Of a DNA stretch of 58,797 nucleotides, positions 47,207-55,929 are shown one piece after another. Under the pieces are notes generated by a model. It saw only the letters and a list, made by a program, of their open reading frames with translations, had not been told where the DNA came from and searched no databases. How positions within the stretch are numbered: the stretch's first letter is position 1; each line of letters opens with the position of its first letter. Made by a program: the position numbers and the translations under genes. Source of the DNA: a virus (Duplodnaviria; Caudoviricetes); the IMG/VR virus record IMGVR_UViG_3300048837_000207, positions 1 through 58,797 of that record, one strand, 5' to 3'.

Positions 47207-48455
47207 AGTCGCTCAGCTCCACGCGAACCAGATCACCGAACGGCGGCTGCACGTCCGTCGTCATTACCCAGATGACGGGGTAAGGCGGCGGGACCGGAGG
47301 GAACGTGCCGTAGCCGTCGGTGAAGAAGATCAGGCAGTCAGGCACGATGCCAAGTTCCTCCACCTTCTGGAACGCAGGGATGAAGTTCGTACCACCGCCA
47401 CCGCGAAGCTCGGGCTTGTAGGTGTAGAGGTCGGTGTTGGCATCCAGTTCGTGAACGTCATGCACCTTGGCGTCACAGGACATCAGCCACAACCGCTGTG
47501 GCCTGCATGTGGAGAGAATCTCAGCCGACTCGGCGTAGCTCGCATCGAACTCAGCCTGCCCCATGCTGCCAGAGGTATCCACCACCTTGACCACCGTGCC
47601 AGCGCCGAACCCGGTGTAGCTCGGGAAGAAGATCTTCTGAGTCACCAGCCGACGGCGATGCGGTGACGCCCACGACGTAGCCTCACGGCTCACGATACGT
47701 GTGACGATGTGCCGCAGCCGATCCTTCCAGTTGACCTGCGGCTTGAGCATCTCCTCCACCCAACGCTCAAGGCTGGCGGGCATCTTCCCCATTGCCTTGG
47801 CTTGGTTACGTGCCGACGCAATGGACCGCTTCATCTCAGCCTCGGACTGCTTCGACGGCTCGTAGATATGGGTGTCCATCGGTTGCTGGTCTCCCACACC
47901 TTCGTTGGACGGGTCCCCTTGGCTGCCGGGAGGCGGCTGTCCACCGCCCGGTCCACCCGGCCCTTTCCCCTTGCCACTGGGAGGCGGCTTGAGCTTCTTG
48001 GCGAGCAGCCGGTACACATCCTCAAACAGCTCGGTGCCTTCCCTCGCGATGTTGGTGTCGTACAGCAGTCCCTTCGGCATCTGCCCGATCTTGTTGGCAA
48101 CGAGCAGCGCGTTGACGATGTAGTCGGCTGCGATGTTCGCCAGTCCGGGGTGGAACGGCTTGCCTTCGAAGCCGAGATCCGAGTACCGCTTGAACCGATC
48201 CATGTGCATCCACATGGCGTGGCCAATCTCATGGCAGCACACGAACACGGCCTCGGGTAGGCTCAGCTTGGCGAGGAAGTCCTCGTCGAACCAGATGAGC
48301 TTGCCGTTGGTCGCAGCAGTGGGGATGCCGGGGTACTTGCCCACACGCAGGTCCATCATGTCGAGCATGAGGGACGCAAAGAACGGGCAGTGCAGAAGCA
48401 TCGCGGTCTTCATTTCGGTGAACCGCGTGCGTGCTACGGGGTTGTTGATTTCCAT
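47199..48455 (-). CDS. DUF2201-type metallopeptidase plus VWA domain protein
   Basis: TAATNG, CHEIGH, NIAADY; MIDAS DTSGSM, GGGTNF, FTDGY. Confidence 0.88.
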   Translation of the reverse strand: MEINNPVARTRFTEMKTAMLLHCPFFASLMLDMMDLRVGKYPGIPTAATNGKLIWFDEDFLAKLSLPEAVFVCCHEIGHAMWMHMDRFKRYSDLGFEGKPFHPGLANIAADYIVNALLVANKIGQMPKGLLYDTNIAREGTELFEDVYRLLAKKLKPPPSGKGKGPGGPGGGQPPPGSQGDPSNEGVGDQQPMDTHIYEPSKQSEAEMKRSIASARNQAKAMGKMPASLERWVEEMLKPQVNWKDRLRHIVTRIVSREATSWASPHRRRLVTQKIFFPSYTGFGAGTVVKVVDTSGSMGQAEFDASYAESAEILSTCRPQRLWLMSCDAKVHDVHELDANTDLYTYKPELRGGGGTNFIPAFQKVEELGIVPDCLIFFTDGYGTFPPVPPPYPVIWVMTTDVQPPFGDLVRVELSDYE

Positions 48456-48485
48456 CGTTGTCTCCTTGTTGCTAGCCTAGCAACG

Positions 48486-49118
48486 TCAAAGGTCGAGGCC
48501 GGTCTGGAGGTTGAACGTCAGGACCGGCTTGCTCCTGACGAACTCCAGTAGTGGCATGCGCAACGGCAGCAGTTCCTTCTGCCACTCACGAACGAGGTTC
48601 GCGAGCTTACTGGTTGCGGGCTTCAGGTGGCCGCCGCTACGCCGCCATCGGCTGCGGGACATGGGGACTTCGTCGTCCTTCACGTGGTGCCCCACGTTCC
48701 ACCCATCAACGCAGAGCCACATGAACTGACCAGTCCAGCTATCGCAGCGGCGAATCGCCACGGCGGTGCGCAGGTCTACGTCAACCATGTGGGCGGCGGC
48801 GATGAGGTCCGTCTTGCAGGCTTCGGCCTTGTCGATGGGCACCAACACGTTCATGTTCTTCTTGCCCACGTAGCCGATGTTGGGGACATTCGGAGCCTCG
48901 TCGCAGTTGTCGAGCATGGTGAGGACGGCTCCTACTGCGTCGCCGTGGGACACCTTGAATCCCTGCTCGATTGCGGAACACACCTTGGTGAAGTCGGACT
49001 TCTTCATCCGCTCCCACCGAAAAGTGATAGTTCCAGTGCAGGTAAACGCCTCGGTCAGGTCGCTGCACACGTAGATTCCACCGACACCAGTGTGTCCGCT
49101 GATTCGTGATACGTTCAT
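48486..49118 (-). CDS. hypothetical protein
   Basis: AAGGAGG RBS before ATG 49118. Confidence 0.65.
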   Translation of the reverse strand: MNVSRISGHTGVGGIYVCSDLTEAFTCTGTITFRWERMKKSDFTKVCSAIEQGFKVSHGDAVGAVLTMLDNCDEAPNVPNIGYVGKKNMNVLVPIDKAEACKTDLIAAAHMVDVDLRTAVAIRRCDSWTGQFMWLCVDGWNVGHHVKDDEVPMSRSRWRRSGGHLKPATSKLANLVREWQKELLPLRMPLLEFVRSKPVLTFNLQTGLDL

Positions 49119-49120
49119 GG

Positions 49121-50383
49121 TCAGACCTCCTTGGCCATGCGGTCCATCATGTTGATGACTTCCTGTGCGTGAGCGCCGACCTCGGCGCGGAGCGTCGGCT
49201 TGGTCCGAAGTTCCTCCACGTCGTGCTGGCACAGGTGCTTGTCGATGTACTGGCGAATCTCTTCGATCCGCTTGTCACCCGTGACGTTCAGGTGCTTGAG
49301 CTGGCCGGACACCGACCGAACGTTGTCCACCAACGTGTAGTGAAACAGCTTGTCGGGATGCGACAGCCGCTCAGCCATACGCCCCACGTTCTCGTGGATG
49401 CGGACCCACAGGTCCTGCATGGCGTTCTCCAGCATCCTCTTCGTCTTGCCCTTCAGTGCGTCAGCCAGTGCCTGACACTGGGCCTCGGGCAGCCCCTTGA
49501 AGTCCGAGCCGACCGGGATCGGATGGAAGTCGAACGAGATATCGAAGTGCTGCCGGATCGACTCAGCATTGGGGTAGTCCGAGATATCGAACCGCTTGCC
49601 GAGCTTCTTCTTGGCCTCTTCGATCAGTTGGGGGTACAGCGGCACAAACGCATCCACCGCTGCCTCCATCTCCGCCTTGCGAGCGCCGAGCTTGCTGATG
49701 CAGTCGAAGAACGATGTGTTGGGCATCATCCTCGCCCCCGACCGACGGCCTGTGTCGTCCAGACCAGTGGTCGTCCACGGCGCAGTCACCGCGTAGAAGT
49801 CGGCACGTGCCGAGTCGATCGCCTTGTGGATCTTCTTCAGTTCCGTGTCGGCCCCCGCGAGCAGGTGCTTACGGGTTTCGAACGCAGTCACGTCGGCGTC
49901 GTTCGCATCGGCCACGTCTTGGCTGGCCTTGCGATCCTTCACCTTCGCATGCCACCTACGTGTGTTGAGCGTCACCAACGTGGCGAAGTTGCGCAGGTCC
50001 AGAGTCTCTGCGATCTCGTCGGTGGTGAACGTCGGCATGGTCATGGGCGGCAGCGAGTAGTCCGTCCTGTCCTTGGTGTCGGCAAAGGGCAGGGTTTCCT
50101 CCTGCGGGGCCGCAGGCTCGGTGATCGGCAGTTGCTCGCTGAAGTCAGCGAACGCCTCGCCTACCGGGTCCGTTGCTAGGCTAGCAACGTCGGGCTGGTC
50201 CATGATTTCCGTAGGCAACGGCTCGCCGTGGGTCAGCTCCTGCACGTCCGTAATCAGCGGCTCAAGCTCGGACTTGGGTTCCTCCACAGGTGCCGAAATG
50301 ATAGTTTCCGGCTCCTGCACAGGCAGAGGCTTGCTCTCGTCGAGGATATCAGCGAGCAGTTCGTCGAGGTTGAAGTCAGTCAT
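49121..50383 (-). CDS. AAA/VWA-associated helical protein (DUF3150-like) with acidic N-terminal extension
   Basis: KHLLAG, T.PW...G.R, LGKRFDISDYP, LKHLNVTGD; AAGGAGAC RBS. Confidence 0.65.
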   Translation of the reverse strand: MTDFNLDELLADILDESKPLPVQEPETIISAPVEEPKSELEPLITDVQELTHGEPLPTEIMDQPDVASLATDPVGEAFADFSEQLPITEPAAPQEETLPFADTKDRTDYSLPPMTMPTFTTDEIAETLDLRNFATLVTLNTRRWHAKVKDRKASQDVADANDADVTAFETRKHLLAGADTELKKIHKAIDSARADFYAVTAPWTTTGLDDTGRRSGARMMPNTSFFDCISKLGARKAEMEAAVDAFVPLYPQLIEEAKKKLGKRFDISDYPNAESIRQHFDISFDFHPIPVGSDFKGLPEAQCQALADALKGKTKRMLENAMQDLWVRIHENVGRMAERLSHPDKLFHYTLVDNVRSVSGQLKHLNVTGDKRIEEIRQYIDKHLCQHDVEELRTKPTLRAEVGAHAQEVINMMDRMAKEV

Positions 50384-50510
50384 TGTGTGTCTCCTTGTAG
50401 CGTCGAAGGGTCTCAGCATCCACCAGCCACGTGGCGGCAGCGTTGAGTGCGAACATTGCCATGCAGCAGATCATCAGCAGCGTATCCCGCACGGCTTGGG
50501 ATACAGTCAT
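50376..50510 (-). CDS. 44-aa putative membrane peptide (absent from ORF track)
   Basis: MTVSQAVRDTLLMICCMAMFALNAAATWLV...; fills a gap in the operon. Confidence 0.4.
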   Translation of the reverse strand: MTVSQAVRDTLLMICCMAMFALNAAATWLVDAETLRRYKETHND

Positions 50511-50518
50511 GAAAGCGT

Positions 50519-50689
50519 TCACCAGTTGGTCTCCTTGCGTCGTAGCTCGATCTCCATGCGGAGCCTTTCCACTTCGCGTTCAGAACGGCGGTGTTCTTCC
50601 TCCGTGCGCTTGAAGCGCCGAAGGGCCTGTTCAAGCTCCATCTCCATCCGCCAGAGCGGGAGCCTCGGTTGCAGTCGGTGGGCGTTCAT
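50519..50689 (-). CDS. 56-aa coiled-coil protein (absent from ORF track)
   Basis: GGAGGA RBS, ATGA overlap; MNAHRLQPRLPLWRMEMELEQALRRF... Confidence 0.5.
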   Translation of the reverse strand: MNAHRLQPRLPLWRMEMELEQALRRFKRTEEEHRRSEREVERLRMEIELRRKETNW

Positions 50690-51018
50690 CCTTCCTCCTT
50701 CATGATGCGAATCGCTTCGGCCTCTGTGTAACGGCGGACAAGTTCAGGGTGCAGCCGAATGATGCCCCCCTCACTCACGTACTCGGTGCTGAGCATGCCT
50801 GCCGCCAGCAGGATATCCCCACCCCTTGACGCTCCCCACTGGACCAGCCGAACGTCGAACATGTCGGCATGCACGACGCCACGCTGGATGCGGTGTTCCA
50901 GTCTCACTTGGATAGCCCCTCCCCATCCTGCGATGGTGGCGCGATACCCGCTGGACTTACTGCCGCAGCGAGTGGCCTCCCCCTTCGTGCCCTTGATGCT
51001 GCCGTAGAAGTGGCTCAC
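50686..51018 (-). CDS. hypothetical protein
   Basis: GTGA overlap with AAA gene; SHFYGSIKG..GEATRCGSK.SG. Confidence 0.6.
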   Translation of the reverse strand: MSHFYGSIKGTKGEATRCGSKSSGYRATIAGWGGAIQVRLEHRIQRGVVHADMFDVRLVQWGASRGGDILLAAGMLSTEYVSEGGIIRLHPELVRRYTEAEAIRIMKEEG

Positions 51019-52082
51019 TTGCGCTGCTCCAAGATGTTGGCCGCCAGCACCAGATCCTTGTTCTCCCGGATCCACTGCGCGAAGTCGGGGGTCTGGATCA
51101 TCTGCGGGCAACGGCGCAGCACAGCCTTGAGGCCAGCCACCTGAAACTCCTTGCCCAACCGCTTGAGGAAGGTGAACGCAGGCTTGGCCGTGGTGGCATC
51201 CACACGATGCGCGACCATCTGCATGCAGGCATACGTCGCGTCGATCCGGTTCTCGGGAACCTTCACCTTGTCGGGTGTCGCCACGATATCCTCCCACTTG
51301 GGCAGTTCCTCAGCCACACGCAGAAACGCAACGAACTCAGCCGCTGCACCTTCACCGATGTAGCCACCTGCCGCCTCGGTGAACATGTCCATTGGCAGCT
51401 TGCCGATCAGATGGCTGGTCTTGACGAACGTGCGGGGAGTGCAGAACGGACCCGACTTGTCCGGTACCTTGTCAGCGAAGATCAGGCTCGGCTTCACCTT
51501 TGCGAATGCAATGGCGAACGGGTTCAGCCCCTGCCGCTCGGCCCAATCGACCCACGAGTCCAGAGAGGGTTCGATGTTGACCCGGCAGATGCGGTTCTGG
51601 ATGAACGCCAGATCCCGGTTCACGCCCGAACGATCCGACTCACGGTTCGATGCCGCGACGACCATGTACGTGAGTTCGAGCCGTGACTCGCCCACTTGGC
51701 CTGACAGCATCAGTTCCGCACTCGGCTTGGCAACGTCGGGGTTGGCCTGCGCACGCTCGTTGAGGAAGATGAAGCCGTGCTTGGGGTCATTCGCACGCGG
51801 GACCCACGGTGCCTTCGTGAAGGTCATGATGGGACTGTTGTCCGTATCACGACCGGGGAGGCCGAAGCCACGTACGTCCGGTGCCTCAACCGTGGTGAGA
51901 AAGAAGGACTTGATGCCGAAGGGCTGTGCGAGCCGCTTCGAAATGATAGTCCCCGCCTGCGCCACGGCAGCATCCTTGCCGACGCCCGGCCCGGACACCA
52001 GCTCCACGGTGAAGCGTTCGCCCGTCTCCTGCTGAATGAAGTACATGTCGGCAAGGAAGATGGCAGCTTGGTTTACGTTCAT
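51015..52082 (-). CDS. MoxR-like AAA+ ATPase with variant Walker motifs
   Basis: SGPGVGKD, DVRGFGLP, FIFLNE, VAASNRESDRSG, QNR, TPRT; VWA partner in same operon. Confidence 0.82.
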   Translation of the reverse strand: MNVNQAAIFLADMYFIQQETGERFTVELVSGPGVGKDAAVAQAGTIISKRLAQPFGIKSFFLTTVEAPDVRGFGLPGRDTDNSPIMTFTKAPWVPRANDPKHGFIFLNERAQANPDVAKPSAELMLSGQVGESRLELTYMVVAASNRESDRSGVNRDLAFIQNRICRVNIEPSLDSWVDWAERQGLNPFAIAFAKVKPSLIFADKVPDKSGPFCTPRTFVKTSHLIGKLPMDMFTEAAGGYIGEGAAAEFVAFLRVAEELPKWEDIVATPDKVKVPENRIDATYACMQMVAHRVDATTAKPAFTFLKRLGKEFQVAGLKAVLRRCPQMIQTPDFAQWIRENKDLVLAANILEQRK

Positions 52083-52128
52083 GTGTGTTGTCTCCTTCGA
52101 TTGATGATTGATCTAACGAACATGCGCC

Positions 52129-52341
52129 TCACGGCGCTTGCATCCAGTATCGAGCGGCCTCGTCGCTCCAGATGTCCTTGACGAGCTGCGCCGCAGCCTT
52201 GTTCGTTCCAGACATCAGTGGGTAGCCGTCCCGGTTGCGGACGATCCACGTACCGGGGTGCGACGTTGACTCTTCCAGTTCGAACGGTGCGTTGAGTGCG
52301 GCCCACTCAGGGTCGCTGGGCGTTGGGGGTTTCCTCGTCAT
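52129..52341 (-). CDS. hypothetical early protein
   Basis: AAGGAGG RBS. Confidence 0.55.
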   Translation of the reverse strand: MTRKPPTPSDPEWAALNAPFELEESTSHPGTWIVRNRDGYPLMSGTNKAAAQLVKDIWSDEAARYWMQAP

Positions 52342-52528
52342 ACATCCTCCTTTCGTAGGTATCACGGATCACTGCCCACGCGTTACGCGGCTCACCCTTG
52401 GCGCGTAGCACGTGGCCCATGTGGATGAGGAACTCGGCTTCACCTGTCTGGGTAGTGGTAGTGACGGTATTGATGGTCGCGGTGCCGAACTGCAGCATGT
52501 ACGCTGCAAGCCAGTCCTCGTCAGTCAT
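52307..52528 (-). CDS. hypothetical early protein
   Basis: ATG directly after a palindrome copy; fits operon packing. Confidence 0.5.
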   Translation of the reverse strand: MTDEDWLAAYMLQFGTATINTVTTTTQTGEAEFLIHMGHVLRAKGEPRNAWAVIRDTYERRMYDEETPNAQRP

Positions 52529-52532
52529 GTTG

Positions 52533-52709
52533 CTAACCTAGCAACAGGCGGAACCAGTTGACCATCTGGTAGATGGCCTGCAGGCTCCACACGAAGCACA
52601 AAATGATAGCGATAATGCAGGCAATCCTGCCGATCGCGCCGATTGCTGCCCATGTGTCGAGCAAGATCAGCGTGCGTGTGGGGTCGATGCCTTTACGTCT
52701 CTCGTTCAT
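52533..52709 (-). CDS. small membrane protein
   Basis: GGAG RBS; hydrophobic IACIIAIILCFVWSL. Confidence 0.5.
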   Translation of the reverse strand: MNERRKGIDPTRTLILLDTWAAIGAIGRIACIIAIILCFVWSLQAIYQMVNWFRLLLG

Positions 52710-52956
52710 TTGGGTTCTCCATGAGTACGACTTCATAGTCGCGGTGGTCGAGGCTGTCTGCCCACTGGTCTGCGGACATGACAGAGGGGAAGGGTCCATA
52801 CGCTTCAGAGTCTCCGTCACCTGAGCGATGGACGATCAGCACGAACTGGTAGCGTTCCTCCTTTGGTGGTTGATCGAACGGTTTCATAGGCGAGCCACAG
52901 CCCGAACAGGTCTCGGGCTTCTGGGCTTCGGTGCCGCAGGCAGCGCAGATCCACAT
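52693..52956 (-). CDS. zinc-ribbon protein with YGPF domain
   Basis: GGAGG RBS; CAAC...CSGC; AYGPF. Confidence 0.6.
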   Translation of the reverse strand: MWICAACGTEAQKPETCSGCGSPMKPFDQPPKEERYQFVLIVHRSGDGDSEAYGPFPSVMSADQWADSLDHRDYEVVLMENPNERET

Positions 52957-52958
52957 GG

Positions 52959-53627
52959 TCAGCCTCCCTTCACGAGTTCCTTCACCCACCAGTCACCCTG
53001 CAACTTGTCCCCATAGTCACTGGCATCAGAAGGATCATCGAAGGGACCGTAGTACTCCATGCCGTCCACAGGGTTGCCGTGGATCAGGATGTACAGCGCG
53101 GGCTTGACGGCAGGATTGGTGACGTAGCCGGTGGCCGCCTTGTTCTTGACCCACTCACTGGCCAGCTCACGCAGCCGCTTCTCGTGGTTGTGCAGCGATT
53201 CGTGGAGCATCTTCCCCATCGCTTCGGCACGGCCAATCGCCTTGGTCGTCGTACCTTCCTTCTGGATCAGCGCCAGAACTTCGTTGTTCAGCTCGGCCAG
53301 TCGATTGTTGAACAGATCGAACTTCTCAGCCGTGGTGATCGACCGCCTGTCCATTTCCTCCCTTGTGTCCACGACTGCCCTACCGGCCAGATCAGCCTTG
53401 CAGAACGCATCGGACGACTGCTTGGTCAGGAACGCGATCCGGTCCTGCAGGGCCTTGATCACGTCGTTGTTGGACTCGTACCACTCGGTGTGGCCTTCGA
53501 TGTGGTCATGCACGCGAGCGAACAGCAGGTCGAACTTGTCCCGCAGATCCCTGATGCCCTGCGCCAGCTCAGCGGCGCGTTGCAGAGAGATATGGGACTT
53601 CTGGGTTGTGGATTTCTTCGTGGTCAT
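52959..53627 (-). CDS. coiled-coil protein with C-terminal YGPF domain
   Basis: AAGGAGAC RBS; heptad-rich; YYGPF. Confidence 0.7.
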   Translation of the reverse strand: MTTKKSTTQKSHISLQRAAELAQGIRDLRDKFDLLFARVHDHIEGHTEWYESNNDVIKALQDRIAFLTKQSSDAFCKADLAGRAVVDTREEMDRRSITTAEKFDLFNNRLAELNNEVLALIQKEGTTTKAIGRAEAMGKMLHESLHNHEKRLRELASEWVKNKAATGYVTNPAVKPALYILIHGNPVDGMEYYGPFDDPSDASDYGDKLQGDWWVKELVKGG

Positions 53628-53680
53628 GTGTGTCTCCTTGCTAGGTTAGCAACGTGTGAAAAATGATAGTTTGAGGGGCT

Positions 53681-53699
53681 GGGGGGCAGAACGCCCCCC
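53681..53699. other. GC-rich hairpin between early genes
   Basis: GGGGGGC-AGAAC-GCCCCCC, no clear U tract. Confidence 0.35.
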
Positions 53700-53722
53700 G
53701 CCATGCGCAGAGAACCTGCGGC

Positions 53723-54223
53723 TTACTTGAACTCGCCGATGAGCCACGCCAGCTTGTTGGCATCGCCGGTCATGAACGACTCGTCAATGCTGCGGGCAAG
53801 ATCCTGCCACTTCTCGACCTCGCAATGCGGAACTTCCAGCTTGCGAGTGTCCTCCCTGCGGCCATAGTCATGCGTCAGGCCGAGTGCCGGGAACGCCACC
53901 TGCGTGGTGTACGTGGAGCCGACGGTGGGCAGGGTGTCGATCGTGGCCTTCACTTCCTCGGCAAACTCCTTCATGGCCACGGCATCGAACTGCACGGCGC
54001 ACTCAGCCCCCCATCCCCGCTGGATGGCAGTGATATCGGGCCGGATCGACTTCACCAGTCGCTTCTCGTACTTCTTCAGGATCTTCTGCGCCGCCGCTTC
54101 GATCTTCGCGTTGTTCGTCAGTTCGAACTTGGCCGCCAGATCGGTCTGCAATTTGCAGGCCGCCGTCGCCTTGGCCATGAGCATGGACTTGATGACGCGA
54201 AGCTGTGCTTGGGTGATCTTCAT
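53723..54223 (-). CDS. hypothetical early protein
   Basis: AAGGAGA RBS before MKITQAQL. Confidence 0.7.
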   Translation of the reverse strand: MKITQAQLRVIKSMLMAKATAACKLQTDLAAKFELTNNAKIEAAAQKILKKYEKRLVKSIRPDITAIQRGWGAECAVQFDAVAMKEFAEEVKATIDTLPTVGSTYTTQVAFPALGLTHDYGRREDTRKLEVPHCEVEKWQDLARSIDESFMTGDANKLAWLIGEFK

Positions 54224-54252
54224 GTGTTTCTCCTTCGTTGCTAGGTTAGCAA

Positions 54253-54471
54253 TCAGTTGATGGTCGGATTGGCCGCGAGTATCTGGTCGATCAAGTCGAT
54301 GCACTGCTCGGCCTGTGCCAGTGCCTCGGCATGCTGTGCGCCCCCTCCTTTCAGGGCCTTCAGTCGGTTGTAGAGCTTGACCCACTCCCAGCGAATCTCC
54401 TTCGCGCGGGCAATGGTCTCGGCATCCAGCGGCTGCGACAACTGGATGTGGTTGGTCACGAAGATGTTCAC
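54253..54471 (-). CDS. hypothetical early protein
   Basis: GGGAGG RBS, GTGA overlap. Confidence 0.55.
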   Translation of the reverse strand: MNIFVTNHIQLSQPLDAETIARAKEIRWEWVKLYNRLKALKGGGAQHAEALAQAEQCIDLIDQILAANPTIN

Positions 54472-54587
54472 GGGTACGGCCTCCCCGCCTCGACCACCCA
54501 GAGGACCATGAACATGATCCACAGGACGGCAACTGCGAAGTAGCCCAGCCAGCCCAGCACACGTGCCGAAAATGATAGTTTCCTCAT
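54468..54587 (-). CDS. 39-aa membrane peptide (absent from ORF track)
   Basis: TGATG overlap; MRKLSFSARVLGWLGYFAVAVLWIMFMVLWVV. Confidence 0.5.
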   Translation of the reverse strand: MRKLSFSARVLGWLGYFAVAVLWIMFMVLWVVEAGRPYP

Positions 54588-54778
54588 CACTTCCACCCTC
54601 CCCTGCCAAAGATACGGTCGAACTCAGCCTCGAAACGAGGACTGGCCAGAGCCTCCGATACCGCAACGTCCTCGGCGCGGTCGTCCTCGGGCTTGGGCGG
54701 CACGTATGTGCAATGAGGGCAATCGCCAGCGATTGCTTCCCCTCCACAGTACGTGCAGACATGTGTTGGTGCCGTCAT
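54587..54778 (-). CDS. small zinc-finger protein
   Basis: CTYC...CPHC; TAATG overlap. Confidence 0.55.
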   Translation of the reverse strand: MTAPTHVCTYCGGEAIAGDCPHCTYVPPKPEDDRAEDVAVSEALASPRFEAEFDRIFGRGGWK

Positions 54779-55686
54779 TACATATCCCTCTGCAGTGCGT
54801 TCAACGAGGCATTGGTGGCAACGAGGTCGAGCTTGTCGTTCAGCGCCCGACGCTGGTCCTCCATTCTCTCCTCCAGATCCATCAAGGCACGGCGAGCTTT
54901 CCCGCCACGCTTGGTGGGAGGCTTGGGGGTCTTGGGTTTGCGCGTCGAGTTCATCGTGCGCTGCTCGGCGTAGACCTCGTCAATGGTGGGGCACGACTGA
55001 ACCGCGATCATGAAGCCCCTCACGTCGGGGCCGGAGTACTTCGGCAGCGAGACCCAAGCCGACAGTTCCTCGGTCACGGTGGGCGCGGCATACACAGGGT
55101 TGCCGTTCTCGTCCTGTGTGTCGTAGGGCTGCGGGGTTGCTAGGCTAGCAACGAGCGTATCGGTTATGTCGGAGTCCGGCCTCGGCCACTTGGCAGGCTT
55201 GGGTTCAGGCCGTGCGTTGGGATCGAACCCCTCGGGCAGGCGCCCACACACGTCGGCGTAGCTCCAGATGATGTACGGCGCATAGGTGATGGCGCCAAGG
55301 AACTGGGTCTCGTACCCGACTTTATCTGCCGTCACGTTGACCGAAATGATAGTTTTCGTGAGCGTGTTGCCAGAGCTGATCAAGTCATCCACGAACACCC
55401 ATCGCCTGCCGATCGTGCCTTCGATGCACTCGGAGCTGTGCGAGCCGTCGTTGTCCTTGCGGGCAATGGCCCAGCGCAGCCCCAAGGCTCGTGCCACGTA
55501 GGGCACAACCAGTGCGCCCGACAGGCCACGGCCTACGAGCGTGTCGCACTCGTCGAACTCTGCGAAGTTGGCTAGTCCCTCCTTGATGTAGGGAATGATC
55601 GCATCCAAGTCAGCCAGTGCCGATTCGAGGTATGGCGCGTGGGCCATGAGGATATCCCCGTCGGCGGACATGATTACGCGAGGCAT
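54778..55686 (-). CDS. type I phosphoribosyltransferase-domain protein with C-terminal extension
   Basis: LVGRGLSG, IARK, PRPP-binding loop WVFVDDLISSGNT. Confidence 0.8.
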   Translation of the reverse strand: MPRVIMSADGDILMAHAPYLESALADLDAIIPYIKEGLANFAEFDECDTLVGRGLSGALVVPYVARALGLRWAIARKDNDGSHSSECIEGTIGRRWVFVDDLISSGNTLTKTIISVNVTADKVGYETQFLGAITYAPYIIWSYADVCGRLPEGFDPNARPEPKPAKWPRPDSDITDTLVASLATPQPYDTQDENGNPVYAAPTVTEELSAWVSLPKYSGPDVRGFMIAVQSCPTIDEVYAEQRTMNSTRKPKTPKPPTKRGGKARRALMDLEERMEDQRRALNDKLDLVATNASLNALQRDM

Positions 55687-55687
55687 C

Positions 55688-55840
55688 TTACTTCCCCTTG
55701 CTGTGTGGAACCGTGAACTTACCGGCACGGTCGGTGTACCGTGTCGGGCTGTCCTGCCTGTGGTCGTACTTGAGCTTCTGCTCGCGCCGCTTGGCGTGGC
55801 GGTCCGAGAGTGGCTTGCCGTACTGGTTCGTGGATTTCAT
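55688..55840 (-). CDS. small basic protein
   Basis: GGAG RBS, MKSTNQYGKPL... Confidence 0.5.
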   Translation of the reverse strand: MKSTNQYGKPLSDRHAKRREQKLKYDHRQDSPTRYTDRAGKFTVPHSKGK

Positions 55841-55929
55841 CGTCGTTCTCCGTGTGGTGCCCCATTGGTGGATGCTATGGGTTGTGGGGCTGTCGGCCCA
55901 TAGCGTGTGTGTGATTGCTAGGCTAGCAA

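Larger units (their letters stand above)
45504..55355 (-). repeat. dispersed asymmetric motif AA(A/G)TGATAG(T/C) (minus strand typically AACTATCATTT), about 8 co-oriented copies
   Basis: Near 45504, 49019, 50295, 51940, 52600, 53658, 54568, 55343. Confidence 0.75.

Noticed and set aside
45504-55355. AAATGATAGTT motif as a Fur box or a sigma70 -10 element
   Set aside because: It resembles only half of GATAATGATAATCATTATC with no dyad partner; no -35 box at proper spacing; mostly intragenic
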